Assembly (NCBI GenBank): GCA_963817105.1
Contig: CAWFNA010000001.1
Location: forward strand, 66,711 to 130,710
DNA from: an uncultured Actinomycetes bacterium
GTDB taxonomy: Bacteria > Actinomycetota > Thermoleophilia > Gaiellales > Gaiellaceae
Length of the DNA: 64,000 nucleotides
Reading direction: 5' to 3'
This document shows, piece after piece, positions 1 to 9,427 of the stretch. The position numbers and the translations under genes are program-made. Within the stretch, counting starts at the first letter, position 1; each line of letters opens with the position of its first letter. The notes below the pieces were generated by a model. That model had not been told where the DNA came from. It did not search any database and was given only the letters and a program-made list of their open reading frames with translations.

Positions 1-695
1 TGCTCGACGCCCTTGAGCGCCTCGCCGTCGTCGGCCAGCAGGGCCCCGAGCTTGTGGCGGACCGCGCCGACCTGGAGCACCATCACGCTCATGGCGTGCG
101 CGACGATGTCGTGGAGCTCGCGCGCGATCCGCGCCCGCTCCTCGGCGGTCGCGATGCGCGCGGCCGCTTCGCGCTCTCGCTCGGCCTGGGCCGCACGGAC
201 CTCCGCCGCATCGGCCTGCTGCGCGCGCTCGCGGAGCGCGTAGCCGGCGAGCCAGCCGATCGCGAAGAAGAGGGGAACGAAGAAGAGCTCGGAGGCGTCG
301 TGCGCCGGGTCCTGGTCGACGATGATCGCCGCACCGCCGACCACAGCGCCGAGGCCGATCCACGCCTCGAGCTCGTTGCGGAGGTTGCCGAGTAGGAAGG
401 CCGCCGCCAGCCCGGCCGCGGAGATCGCCGGCGTATCCGAGATCAGCCGCCCGTCGACGAACGAGAACGCAGCGCCCAGCAGCCAGACGGTGAACGGCGC
501 GCCGAAGGGGAACCGGCGGCGCAGGAGCAGCGGCGCGATCGTCGCCGCCGTCGCCGGCACCGTGAACCATGGCGTCGTGCGCGGAGCATCCGGGTCGTTG
601 CTCCGGAACGCGGCGGCAAGCGTGGCCGCGACAGTCGCGACCACGACCACGGTGTCGAATCCGTATTGGCGCGCCAGCGCCCAGACCCTGCTCAC
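1..695 (-). CDS. sensor histidine kinase, HisKA_3 (NarX/DesK-like); C-terminal part lies beyond the left edge
   Basis: Reverse translation from GTG at 693-695 gives VSRVWALARQYGFDTVVVVATV..., about 4 hydrophobic segments. It then reads ...ERARIARELHDIVAHAMSVMVLQVGAVRHKLG, which is the ELHDxVAH H-box of HisKA_3 kinases. The ORF is open at the window edge, so it is absent from the ORF track. Confidence 0.8.
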   Translation of the reverse strand, partial: MSRVWALARQYGFDTVVVVATVAATLAAAFRSNDPDAPRTTPWFTVPATAATIAPLLLRRRFPFGAPFTVWLLGAAFSFVDGRLISDTPAISAAGLAAAFLLGNLRNELEAWIGLGAVVGGAAIIVDQDPAHDASELFFVPLFFAIGWLAGYALRERAQQADAAEVRAAQAEREREAAARIATAEERARIARELHDIVAHAMSVMVLQVGAVRHKLGALLADDGEALKGVE

Positions 696-729
696 GCAGG
701 TGAACGTACTGCAGGCGCAGGTAGGCCGC

Positions 730-747
730 CTCCTACCGAGGTAGGAG
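730..747. promoter_or_regulatory. candidate operator: perfect inverted repeat CTCCTACC-GA-GGTAGGAG
   Basis: 8-bp arms with a 2-nt spacer, about 105 bp upstream of the hydrolase start. The same half-site recurs at 2917-2938. Confidence 0.45.
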
Positions 748-850
748 CCGGAATCGGCGGCTGGTACGACCGCGAACGCGCCCCGGCGACGATGCCCCGC
801 GCAGCCCGTGCTCCTAGCGTCGAGCCATCAACTCGATGAAAGGGAGCACC

Positions 851-2893
851 ATGAAAAGCACAGCGTTCACGATGTCGCGCATCGTCGCGATCGCCCTCCT
901 CGGGCTCGCGACGATGGGCCTCGCGTATCTCCACTTCACGAGCGGCGAGGATCGCGTCTCGGTCCCGCCGGGAGCACACGCGGGCCAGCTCAACCTCCAT
1001 GCGTGCCGCTACGCCACCGAGGGCGGCAGCTACGGCGCCGACTGCGGCACGCTCGTCGTGCCCGAGAACCGGCACGAGGCGGGCTCGCGCCTGATCGCGC
1101 TGCCGGTCACGCGCATCCGCGCCCGCTCGGCCCATCCCGGCGTCCCGATCTTCCGCCTGCAGGGCGGCCCGGGGATCACGAACATGACGTTCGAGGCGGC
1201 GAGCCGGCTTGCGCAGAAGCGCGACGTCGTCCTCGTCGGCTATCGCGGCGTCGACGGCTCGTCGCGGCTCGACTGCCCCGAGGTCGCCTCGGCCCGCGCG
1301 CACGCGCGCGAGTTCCTGACCGAGCAGTCGTTCCGCGCCGACGGGGACGCCTTCAAGGCGTGCGCGCAGCGACTCCGGGACGACGGCGTCGACCTCGCCG
1401 GCTACTCGCTGCCCGAGCGCATCGACGACTTCGAGGCGGCGCGCCGCGCGCTCGGCTACGACCGCATCGATCTCGTCAGCGAGAGCCTCGGGACGCGTCT
1501 GGCGATGATCTACGCCTGGCGCTACCCGCACGCGATCCACCGCTCGGTGATGATCGGCGTCAACCCGCCCGGGAACTTCCTCTGGAGCGCGAAGACGATG
1601 GGCGAGCAGATCCGCCGTTACGCCGCGGCGTGCGCGCAGGACGCGTCGTGCAAGAGCCGCACGGGCGACCTCGCCGCCTCGATCCACTCCGCCTACGCGG
1701 ACATGCCCAGCCGCTGGTGGTTCCTCCCGATCAAGCGGGGCAACGTCAAGGTGGCCGCGTACTTCGGCATGGTCAACGCGACCACCGACGGCTCCGGCCC
1801 GCTCAACGGGCCGTGGACGATCGACACGCTCCTCTCGGCCGACAAGGGCGACGGGAGCGGCGCCTGGCTCCTGTCGATGCTGGCGGGACTGATGTTCCCG
1901 CACGGTCAGGTCTGGGGCGACGTCGCTGCGGCTGGCCGGAGCGACGCCGCGTTCGCCCGGCGGTTCTTCGCGTCGCATGCTGACCGCGGCTCGGTGATCG
2001 GCAGCCCAGGCACGGACCTGATCTGGGCGGACGGCCGGCTGCTCGACGCGTGGCCCGCGAATCCCGACGAGAACGAGTACGCCCGCGTCCAGGACTCGAA
2101 GGTCGAGACGCTTCTGGTCGGCGGCAAGCTCGACTTCGCGACGCCGCCGCAGAACGCGGCGCGGCAGCTTCTGCCGCACCTGCCGAACGGCCACGAGGTC
2201 CTCCTGGACAACCTCGGCCACACCGACGACTTCTGGGCGTACGAGCCGGCCGCGAGTAGTCACATGATCAACACGTTCCTTGCCGGCGGCCGCGTCGACA
2301 CCTCCCGCTACACGCCGGCCAGCGTCGACTTCACGCCGGCGGTGGGCCAGGTCGGGATCGCAAAGATCGTCGCAGCCGTGATGCTGGGGCTCGCGGCGCT
2401 GACGGTCGTGTCGCTGCTGTGGCTGGGCCTGCGCGTGCGGCGCCGCGCGCTCGGGCGGAAGGGCGCGGCGGCAGTGCGCTCGGTGTACGCGCTCGTGCTC
2501 GGCCTCGGCGGTCTGTTCCTCGGGATGCTGATCGCGCTGACCGCGCTGCCGACGGTGCCGCTCAACGACGAGCTGCTCGCGTCGCTCGCAGTCGGCGTAC
2601 CCGTCGCGCTGGGCGTCTTCTTCGCCTGGGTCAGTCCCGCCTGGTCGTCACGAACGAAGGTGACGGGCTTCGCCGTCGCGCTCGGCGGCGCGCTCCTCGG
2701 CGCGTGGCTCGGGTACAACGTGACGTCCGCAGCGTTCGGGCTCCTGGCGCCGCTCGTCGCCGTGATCGGCGCGGTGGTCGGCGGCAACGCCCTCGTGCTC
2801 GGTCTCGACATCGCGTGGGACCGGCAGGCGCACCGGCGCGTCGCCCCGACGGCCGCCGCCGAAGGGCTCCAGGCGAGCATCTCCACGAGCTGA
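851..2893 (+). CDS. alpha/beta-hydrolase (S33/TAP-like) with a C-terminal multi-pass membrane domain
   Basis: ORF 836..2893. The second ATG (851) has AGGGAG 6 nt upstream. There is an N-terminal signal/TM segment, an LQGGPGIT oxyanion region and an SESLG nucleophile elbow. The last ~200 aa form about 5 hydrophobic helices. Confidence 0.75.
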   Translation: MKSTAFTMSRIVAIALLGLATMGLAYLHFTSGEDRVSVPPGAHAGQLNLHACRYATEGGSYGADCGTLVVPENRHEAGSRLIALPVTRIRARSAHPGVPIFRLQGGPGITNMTFEAASRLAQKRDVVLVGYRGVDGSSRLDCPEVASARAHAREFLTEQSFRADGDAFKACAQRLRDDGVDLAGYSLPERIDDFEAARRALGYDRIDLVSESLGTRLAMIYAWRYPHAIHRSVMIGVNPPGNFLWSAKTMGEQIRRYAAACAQDASCKSRTGDLAASIHSAYADMPSRWWFLPIKRGNVKVAAYFGMVNATTDGSGPLNGPWTIDTLLSADKGDGSGAWLLSMLAGLMFPHGQVWGDVAAAGRSDAAFARRFFASHADRGSVIGSPGTDLIWADGRLLDAWPANPDENEYARVQDSKVETLLVGGKLDFATPPQNAARQLLPHLPNGHEVLLDNLGHTDDFWAYEPAASSHMINTFLAGGRVDTSRYTPASVDFTPAVGQVGIAKIVAAVMLGLAALTVVSLLWLGLRVRRRALGRKGAAAVRSVYALVLGLGGLFLGMLIALTALPTVPLNDELLASLAVGVPVALGVFFAWVSPAWSSRTKVTGFAVALGGALLGAWLGYNVTSAAFGLLAPLVAVIGAVVGGNALVLGLDIAWDRQAHRRVAPTAAAEGLQASISTS

Positions 2894-2916
2894 CCGGCGA
2901 CTCGTCCCGCTTTCGC

Positions 2917-2938
2917 GGCTCCTACTCAGGTAGGAGCC
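2917..2938. promoter_or_regulatory. candidate operator or hairpin: GGCTCCTAC-TCAG-GTAGGAGCC
   Basis: 9-bp perfect inverted repeat, 24 nt after the hydrolase stop and about 105 bp upstream of the MMPL start. No T-tract follows it. It shares the CTCCTAC/GTAGGAG half-sites with 730-747. Confidence 0.45.
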
Positions 2939-3042
2939 GCGACCGTCTTCGGGGACGAGCGCGACTCCGACCTCGCGCCGACGACCCCGCGGCCGTGCCC
3001 TCGTAGCGTCGACGGCATAGACGAACCAAGGAGGAACGAGCT

Positions 3043-5244
3043 ATGTCACTGCCACGCCAACACTCCAATCTCGCGGCCCGGATGGGCCGCTGGAGCGCAA
3101 GCCACTGGAAGACGGCGGTCTTCGGCTGGCTCGCGCTCGTGGTCGTCGCGTTCGGCATCAGCAGCGCGATCGGCGTCGAAGACCATCGACAAGAACACCG
3201 CCGGGCCCGGCGAGTCGGGCCGCATGGACAGGATCCTCGACGCCGGGTTTAAGCTCCCCGCGAACGAGAGCGTCCTGTCCAGAGCCGCAGCGCTCGGGCC
3301 GGGACGCCTGCGTTCGACGCCGCCGTCCGCGACGTCGTTGCCCGGGTTTCGAAGGTCGCCGCCGTGCAGAGCGTCCGGTCGCCGAAGATCGCGAAGGACG
3401 GCCGGGCCGCGCTCGTCGAGTTCGAGATCCGCGGTGACAAGGACAAGGCCGGCGACAAGATCGCACCGGTCCTCGCCGCAGTCGCCGCCGCGGAGCGGAG
3501 CCACCCCGGCTTCTTCGTCGGTGAGTTCGGCGACGCGAGCGCAGCCAAGGCCGTCGACACGCTCTTCGCACACGACCTCGGCCGAGCCGGCGTCATCTCG
3601 CTCCCGATCACGCTGATCATCCTGGCCGTCGCATTCGGCGCGCTCGTCGCGGCGGGAATCCCGCTCCTGCTAGCGCTGACGGCCGTCTTCGCGACGTTCG
3701 GGCTCACCGCGCTCCCGAGCCACGTGTTTCCGATCGCCCAGGAGGCGTCCGCCGTCGTGCTGCTGGTCGGGCTCGCGGTCGGCGTCGACTACTCGATGTT
3801 CTACCTCCGGCGCTTCCGCGAGGAGCGCGCCGCGGGGCGCAGCCAGGAGGCGGCGCTCGAGGCGGCCGCGGCGACGTCGGGGCGGTCGGTGCTCATCTCC
3901 GGCCTGACGGTGATGGTCGCGATGGCGGGCCTGTTCCTCACGGGCGACGCGACGTTCGCCTCGTTCGGCTACGCGACGATGATGGTCGTCGCGGTGGCGG
4001 TGCTGGGCTCGCTGACCGTGCTCCCGGCGCTGCTGTCGAAGCTGGGCGACCGGGTCGACCGTGGACGCGTCCCGTTCGTCGGCCGCCTCGGCCGCGGCGA
4101 CGGCGAGGGGCGCCTCTGGGGAGCGGTTGTCGACCGTGTCCTACGCCGGCCGGTGCTCTCGGCCGTGATCTCGGGAGGACTGCTCGTTGCGCTCGCCCTG
4201 CCGGCGCTGCAGCTGCGGATTGCGACGCCGGGGCCCGAGGCCGCCTTCCCGAAGTCGCTCGACATCGTGAAGACCTACGACCGCATGCAGCAGGCGTTCC
4301 CCGGGACGGCGCTCCCCGCGAACGTCGTCGTCAAGGCCCCGAGCGTGAAGGCCCCCGAGGTGCGGGCCGCGATCCAGCGGCTCGAGCGCCGCGCCCGCAC
4401 CAGCGCCGACATGGGTGAGCCGATCACCGTCGACGTGAACGGAGCCGGCACGGTCGCGAACATCACCGTGCCGATCGCCGGGACGGGCACCGACCCGGCG
4501 TCGAACACCGCGCTGGCCGAGCTCCGCGACGAGCTCGTGCCGCAGACGGTCGGGGCGCTCCCGAACGTCGAGGCCGGCGTGACGGGCCTCACGGCCGAGT
4601 GGAAGGACGCCGGCGAGCAGATGAAGTCGAAGCTCCCGCTGGTCATCGGCTTCGTCCTCCTGTTCGCGTTCGTTCTGATGCTGGTCGCGTTCCGGTCGAT
4701 CGTGGTCGCTGCGAAGGCGATCCTGCTCAACCTGCTGTCCGTCGCAGCCGCGTACGGCGTGCTCGTGCTCGTCTTCCAGCACGGCATCGGCAAGGGGCTG
4801 CTCGGGTTCGGCAGCACGTCCGGGATCGACCCCGTCGTCCCGCTCCTGCTCTTCGTGATCCTGTTCGGGCTCTCGATGGACTACCACGTCTTCATCGTCA
4901 GCCGGATCCGGGAGACGTTCGACCGCGGCGCGAGCATGGACGAGGCGATCTCGCACGGGATCAAGTCGACCGCCGGGGTCGTGACGAGCGCGGCCGTCGT
5001 CATGGTCGCCGTGTTCTCGGTCTTCGCGACCCTCTCGTTCCTGATGTTCAAGCAGTTCGGCGTCGGGCTCGCCGTAGCGATCCTGATCGACGCGACCCTC
5101 GTCCGCGGCGTCCTCCTGCCCGCGACGATGAAGCTCCTCGGCGAGCGCAACTGGTACCTCCCGCGCTGGCTCGAGTGGCTGCCGCGGCTGGAGCACGACG
5201 AGGCGGCGCCGGCGCCCGAGGCAAAGCCCGTCCTCTCGGCTTAG
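3043..5244 (+). pseudogene. MMPL/RND-superfamily membrane transporter with two apparent frameshifts near the 5' end
   Basis: The N-terminus MSLPRQHSNLAARMGRWSASHWKTAVFGWLALVVVAFG is in frame 1. KTIDKNTAGPGESGRMDRILDAGFKLPANESVL is in frame 2. From about 3300 it returns to frame 1 (TPAFDAAVRDVVARVSKVAAVQSVRSP...) and joins ORF 3364..5244, which has two 6-TM blocks typical of MMPL. Confidence 0.8.
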
Positions 5245-5253
5245 CCGTTCGCA

Positions 5254-5285
5254 GATCCCGGCCGGGCGCCGACCCGGCCGGGATC
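5254..5285. terminator. bidirectional stem-loop between convergent genes
   Basis: GATCCCGGCCGGG-CGCCGA-CCCGGCCGGGATC: a 13-bp perfect stem with a 6-nt loop, between the MMPL stop (5244) and the isochorismatase-like stop (5294). Confidence 0.6.
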
Positions 5286-5293
5286 CGTCCGCG

Positions 5294-5971
5294 CTAGATG
5301 CGCGCGAGCGCCGCCACCACCGCGTCGGTGTCGGCGACGACGCCGAACACGCCGTTCTCGACGGTCGTCATGTGGAGCGCCGCGTGATGTGCTGCGGGAT
5401 CACCGGACCCGCACGCATCGCTGACGAGCAGGCACTCGAAGCCGCGATCGATCGCCTCGCGCAGCGTCGAGTGGACGCAGACGTCCGTAGTCACGCCGGC
5501 GACGATCAGGGCGCGTGCGCCTCCGGCTGCGAGGATCGGCGCGAGGTCGGTTCCCCAGAACGCGCCGTTCCCGCTCTTGTCCACGACCGGCTCGCCCGGG
5601 ATCGGCTCCAGTTCCGGGACGATCTCGAACCCGGGCTCGCCGCGGATCAGGAGCCGCCCCAGCGGGCCGGGCTTGCCGATTGCCGACGTGCCGTCCCGGA
5701 CCCGCGCGAGCCGGTGCGGCGGCAGCTCGCCGAGATCCGGCCGGAACCCCTGCCGCGTGTGGACGACCGCCAGGCCCGCGGTCCGCGCCGCCTCGAGGAG
5801 CCGGCGCGCCGGTCCGATCGCCGACCGGACGGCGCCGACGTCGTAGCCCATGGCCGCGAGGTACCCGCCCGCCTCGAGGAAGTCCCGTTGCATGTCGATC
5901 AGCAGGAGCGCGACTCCGCTCCGGGTCAGGCCGTCGTGCGGGAACGGACGTGGATCCGCGTCGATCCGCAT
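5294..5971 (-). CDS. isochorismatase-family cysteine hydrolase
   Basis: Internal ATG (MRIDADPRPF...) of ORF 5294..6064. Motifs: ALLLIDMQRDF, VVDKSGNGAFWGTDL, LIVAGVTTDVCVHST (catalytic Cys context). Confidence 0.8.
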   Translation of the reverse strand: MRIDADPRPFPHDGLTRSGVALLLIDMQRDFLEAGGYLAAMGYDVGAVRSAIGPARRLLEAARTAGLAVVHTRQGFRPDLGELPPHRLARVRDGTSAIGKPGPLGRLLIRGEPGFEIVPELEPIPGEPVVDKSGNGAFWGTDLAPILAAGGARALIVAGVTTDVCVHSTLREAIDRGFECLLVSDACGSGDPAAHHAALHMTTVENGVFGVVADTDAVVAALARI

Positions 5972-5982
5972 CAGTGGCTCGG

Positions 5983-6699
5983 TCAGGTTTCGGGCTCGCC
6001 GCGCTTGACCACGGTCGTCACGACCCGGAGGCCGAACCGGCCGGGCATCAGCACGACGTCCCACATCTGCTTCACCATGCCTCCGCCCGGCAGTTCCTCG
6101 GCGATCGACTCCACGATCTCGTCGGTCGCATCGAGCACCTCTCCTCCTACGTCGAGTGCTCCGCTCGCCATCTCGCCCGCGTTCGCGACCGCCGCCATCG
6201 CGATCGCGCTCGAGATCGCCAACCCGAGCTCCTCGACCGTGTCGCGGACCTCCTGCGCGGCCTTGTCACGCGCCTGCCCGAGCTCCTCCGTCGACTGTTC
6301 CGGGCGGGTGGCGAGGCGCCACCACGTTCTGATCCGGCTGCGGCTCAGAGCGACCGCGAGCACGGTCCCGACCACGAGCCACGCCGCGCCGAGCACGAGC
6401 GCCGCCAGCCACGGCGACATGACGGCCGAGAGCCCGTAGACGGCGGCCACGTTCGCGAGCACGAAGGCCGAGAGGAACGCGACCGCGGCGAGGCAGGCGG
6501 CGACGATGCCACGGGCCGCCCGGCGGGCCTCGGGCATGTTCTGGGAGGCGGTGAGCTCGGCCTGGCAGAGCGCCAGGGCGCTCATGTCATGGCCCAGCTC
6601 CACCAGCAGCTCCGTGACGGTCGGCTTCTCGTCGCCCGCCTCGTGCTCGTCGAGCTCTTCGGTCTCGTCTACGTCTGGAGACGCTTCAACCGTGTCCAC
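5983..6699 (-). CDS. phage-holin-family (Holin-X/DUF1469-like) membrane protein
   Basis: Acidic N-terminus followed by two adjacent TM helices (GIVAACLAAVAFLSAFVLANVAAVYGL / WLAALVLGAAWLVVGTVLAVAL) and a charged tail, which matches the holin superfamily III layout. Confidence 0.55.
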   Translation of the reverse strand: MDTVEASPDVDETEELDEHEAGDEKPTVTELLVELGHDMSALALCQAELTASQNMPEARRAARGIVAACLAAVAFLSAFVLANVAAVYGLSAVMSPWLAALVLGAAWLVVGTVLAVALSRSRIRTWWRLATRPEQSTEELGQARDKAAQEVRDTVEELGLAISSAIAMAAVANAGEMASGALDVGGEVLDATDEIVESIAEELPGGGMVKQMWDVVLMPGRFGLRVVTTVVKRGEPET

Positions 6700-6782
6700 C
6701 GTCGGCCCTTCGTCTATCGCTGCCGGAGCCTAGTCCGTCGGGACGGGGGAGCGCTTCCTCGAGCCGCAGCGCTGGTCTGAGG

Positions 6783-8117
6783 TCAGTGCGTCAGTCCGAG
6801 CACGTGGGCCTTGGCGGCTGCGAACTCCGTGTCGTCGAGGGAGCCCGTTGTGTGGAGACCTGCAAGCCGCTCCAGCTCGCCCGTCGCGCCTTCCGACCGA
6901 GGAGCCCGCCGATGACCGACGGCTTCGCGGACCGTCTCGAGCAGGCCGGTCGGCTCCGTATCCGGAAACTCGCGTGCCGTCTGGCGTCGCAGCACCTCGA
7001 GGCCGAGGAGCGCAAGCACGAACCACACGATCACCGTGCGGGGGAAGCCGAACTGCGGCGTCGGCCGCCACCAGAGCAGCAGGAGGTAGCCGCCGATGAC
7101 GATGGGATAGGCGACGTCGGCGCGGCGCAGGTACGGAGACACCGCCCGTCGCGCCCGCACGGCACGCGGCCTCGGACTGCTCAACCAGATCCCGATCAGC
7201 GCGATGACCGCGATGATGATCGCCGTCCAGCCGTCGCCGCGGAGGAGCTCTGTCAGGATCGAGTAGACCCGCGCGGCCGCGGGCCCTGCCGACTCCGTCT
7301 TCACGAGGTGATCGACGAGGTAGCGGCCGATCAGCGTCTGGACGACGAGGATGATCAGGCCTGCAGCGAGCAGTCCGATCGCGAGGGCGCGCAGCTCCAC
7401 CCGCCGGTGGCCGCGCGCCAGCCATACCGCCGCGGCGGCCGCCGCGAGCGCGAGCGCCCAGATCCAGTCGGCGACGAACCGGAGCAGCCGGGTCGCGTCC
7501 TGGGCGGTCTTCAGCTGCCCCGACTCGACGATCGTCACCTTCGCCGAGCCCCGGGGGATGCGGGCCTCGAGATTCGGGATGAACGAGAAGCGGTTCCCGA
7601 GGTCGAGGACGAGCGGACTGACGTCCAGCACGACCTTGCCGCCGCTCGTCTGAGCGATCCTCGTGTTCCCATCGAGGACGGCGACGAACTGGCGCTGGGC
7701 CGCCGACGCAGCGCCGACGAACACGTCCTGCACGCCCGGGCGCTGCAGCAGCCGCCGCGCCGAGCGGTCGGCGGTCTCGCGCACGGCACCGGCGATCGGG
7801 CCCGCGAGCCCGTCCAGGTTCGCCGGCAGCCGCTTCTGCAGCGCTGCCGGCACGTCGACGTTCGCATAGAGCTGGTCGGTCAGAGTCGCGGCGACCTGCT
7901 CCTGCACCGTCCTGTCGGCGATCAGCGCACGAGCCGTATGGCGGAACTGGGAGGTGTCGAGCGCCTCCCGCTTGACGAAGTTGGCGAGGACGCTGACGAT
8001 CGCGAGCAGGATCGCCACCACCGTCAGCGAGCGGGCGGCGAGCAGTCGTCGCCGGGACGCGACCGGACTGGAGTCCTGGGGCGGCGGGCTCGGCGGCGGA
8101 GGGGCTTCGGTCATCAC
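6783..8117 (-). CDS. multi-pass membrane protein with a C-terminal SHOCT domain
   Basis: 444-aa ORF with several TM helices. The C-terminus ELERLAGLHTTGSLDDTEFAAAKAHVLG matches the SHOCT short C-terminal motif. Confidence 0.65.
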   Translation of the reverse strand: MMTEAPPPPSPPPQDSSPVASRRRLLAARSLTVVAILLAIVSVLANFVKREALDTSQFRHTARALIADRTVQEQVAATLTDQLYANVDVPAALQKRLPANLDGLAGPIAGAVRETADRSARRLLQRPGVQDVFVGAASAAQRQFVAVLDGNTRIAQTSGGKVVLDVSPLVLDLGNRFSFIPNLEARIPRGSAKVTIVESGQLKTAQDATRLLRFVADWIWALALAAAAAAVWLARGHRRVELRALAIGLLAAGLIILVVQTLIGRYLVDHLVKTESAGPAAARVYSILTELLRGDGWTAIIIAVIALIGIWLSSPRPRAVRARRAVSPYLRRADVAYPIVIGGYLLLLWWRPTPQFGFPRTVIVWFVLALLGLEVLRRQTAREFPDTEPTGLLETVREAVGHRRAPRSEGATGELERLAGLHTTGSLDDTEFAAAKAHVLGLTH

Positions 8118-8221
8118 AGGCGGCGCGGTCGGACGTCCGCGGCCGCGCGTGAGTGTTCAGTCTTTGTCCGGCAAGTCCTCCGACTCGACCCGGTCGGTGC
8201 AGCCGAGGCTCGACGTGAACG

Positions 8222-8602
8222 TCAGGTCTGGAAGCCGATGGTGCGGTGTGTCCCGTCGCAGAACGGTTTGTTGCCCGAACCGCCACAACGGCAGAGAGCG
8301 ACGCGTGTGTCCTCGCGCACGACATTGCCGTCGGCGTCGACGATGCGGACGCGACCGCGAAGGAAGAGCGGGCCGTTCGGGCGCGGCTCGAGCGTCGTCG
8401 GCTCCTGAGGCTCCTCCTGCGGGCCGCCGTCGAGGCGGCGGAAGTGAAGCGCGCCCGTCGGGCAGGTGAGAATCGTTTCCGCGATCTCGTCCGGGACGGC
8501 TCCGTCGGGGTCGACCCACGGGCGCGCCTCGGGCTTGAAGACGTTGTTCAGCCGGCGCCAGCAGTTCCCCGAGTGGATGCAAAGGCGCGGCTCCCAGATC
8601 AC
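8222..8602 (-). CDS. divergent 4Fe-4S mono-cluster + CDGSH iron-sulfur domain protein
   Basis: CIHSGNC...CPTGAL in the N-terminal half; CRCGGSGNKPFCDGTH (CDGSH signature) in the C-terminal half. Confidence 0.8.
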   Translation of the reverse strand: MIWEPRLCIHSGNCWRRLNNVFKPEARPWVDPDGAVPDEIAETILTCPTGALHFRRLDGGPQEEPQEPTTLEPRPNGPLFLRGRVRIVDADGNVVREDTRVALCRCGGSGNKPFCDGTHRTIGFQT

Positions 8603-8666
8603 CTCGATCTCCTTGTTCGCGTAGAGCCGGCTCGGGCCGCGCTGTTCTCGCGGCGACCGTGTCGTG

Positions 8667-8954
8667 TCACAGCACGAGGTCGGCGTACTCCGGGTGCCGC
8701 CGGAGATACTCCGACACGAACGGGCAAAGAGGTATCACTTTCAGCCCGTGGGCGCGGACGTCGTCCAGCGCGCTCTCGACGAGCCGTGTGCCGAGGCCGC
8801 GGCCTTCGAGCTCCTCGGAGATCTCGGTGTGGAGAAAGACGCGCCCCTTGGGCCGCTGCCGGTAGACGAGCTCGCCGACGACGCCACCGTCCAGGACGAG
8901 CTCGTACCGGCGCGCCTCGGGGTTGTCCCGGACCGTGACCGCCGCTTCAATCAC
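8667..8954 (-). CDS. small GNAT-like N-acetyltransferase (YjdJ/Acetyltransf_CG type)
   Basis: Internal GTG (VIEAAVTVRDNPEARRYELV...) of ORF 8667..9188. GRGLGTRLVESALDDVRAHGLKVIPLCPFV is typical of the ~95-aa family. The upstream part of the ORF is low-complexity. Confidence 0.65.
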   Translation of the reverse strand: MIEAAVTVRDNPEARRYELVLDGGVVGELVYRQRPKGRVFLHTEISEELEGRGLGTRLVESALDDVRAHGLKVIPLCPFVSEYLRRHPEYADLVL

Positions 8955-9029
8955 CGTCCGAGAGTACTCGAGACCTGTCGCCCCGCTGCCGAAGACGGTG
9001 GGCTGAGACGCCCCCTCTAGAGTGTCGTC

Positions 9030-9426
9030 GTGCTGAGAGGGCGCTGCGGATGCAATGCCGTCGGCTACGAGGTGTCCGACGAGTTCATCGTCGCGTTCAA
9101 CTGCTACTGCTCGAACTGCCGTGCAGATGACGGGCTCGGCCTTCTTGCCATGGGGCGAGATCGAGCCCGAGAAGCTGAGGGTGACCAAGGGTGCCGACTC
9201 GTTGATCTTGATTGGCGATGCTCACGACCACCACGCGAGGCGCTGCGGGAAGTGCTTCTCGCTGCTGTATTGGACGGGCTACGAAGGCAAGATCCGAGTG
9301 CCCTATGGGTCACTGATCGACGAGCCGAGGCTCAAGCCGACGGCTCACATGTTCGTCGGCTCAAAAGCTCCTTGGTACGAGATCCTCGACGACCTCCCTC
9401 AGCATGACGAGTACCCGTGGCCTTGA
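9030..9426 (+). pseudogene. GFA (glutathione-dependent formaldehyde-activating/CENP-V) family protein with one apparent frameshift
   Basis: N-terminus MLRGRCGCNAVGYEV...FNCYCSNCR (frame of ORF 9030) continues as MTGSAFLPWGEIEPEKLRV...ARRCGKCFSLLYW (frame of ORF 9055). The shift is near 9122-9130. Confidence 0.7.
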
Positions 9427-9427
9427 T

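Noticed and set aside
389-401. Extra partial matches to the repeat core. These are GAGTAGGAAGG inside the kinase gene (389-401), GAGTAGT at about 2255 inside the hydrolase gene, and gcgCTGAGctgTAGCGGG at about 42036-42053.
   Set aside because: The first two lie within well-supported coding sequence and have no arms. The third has a 3-nt insertion and no flanking similarity. I treat them as chance or too weak to call.
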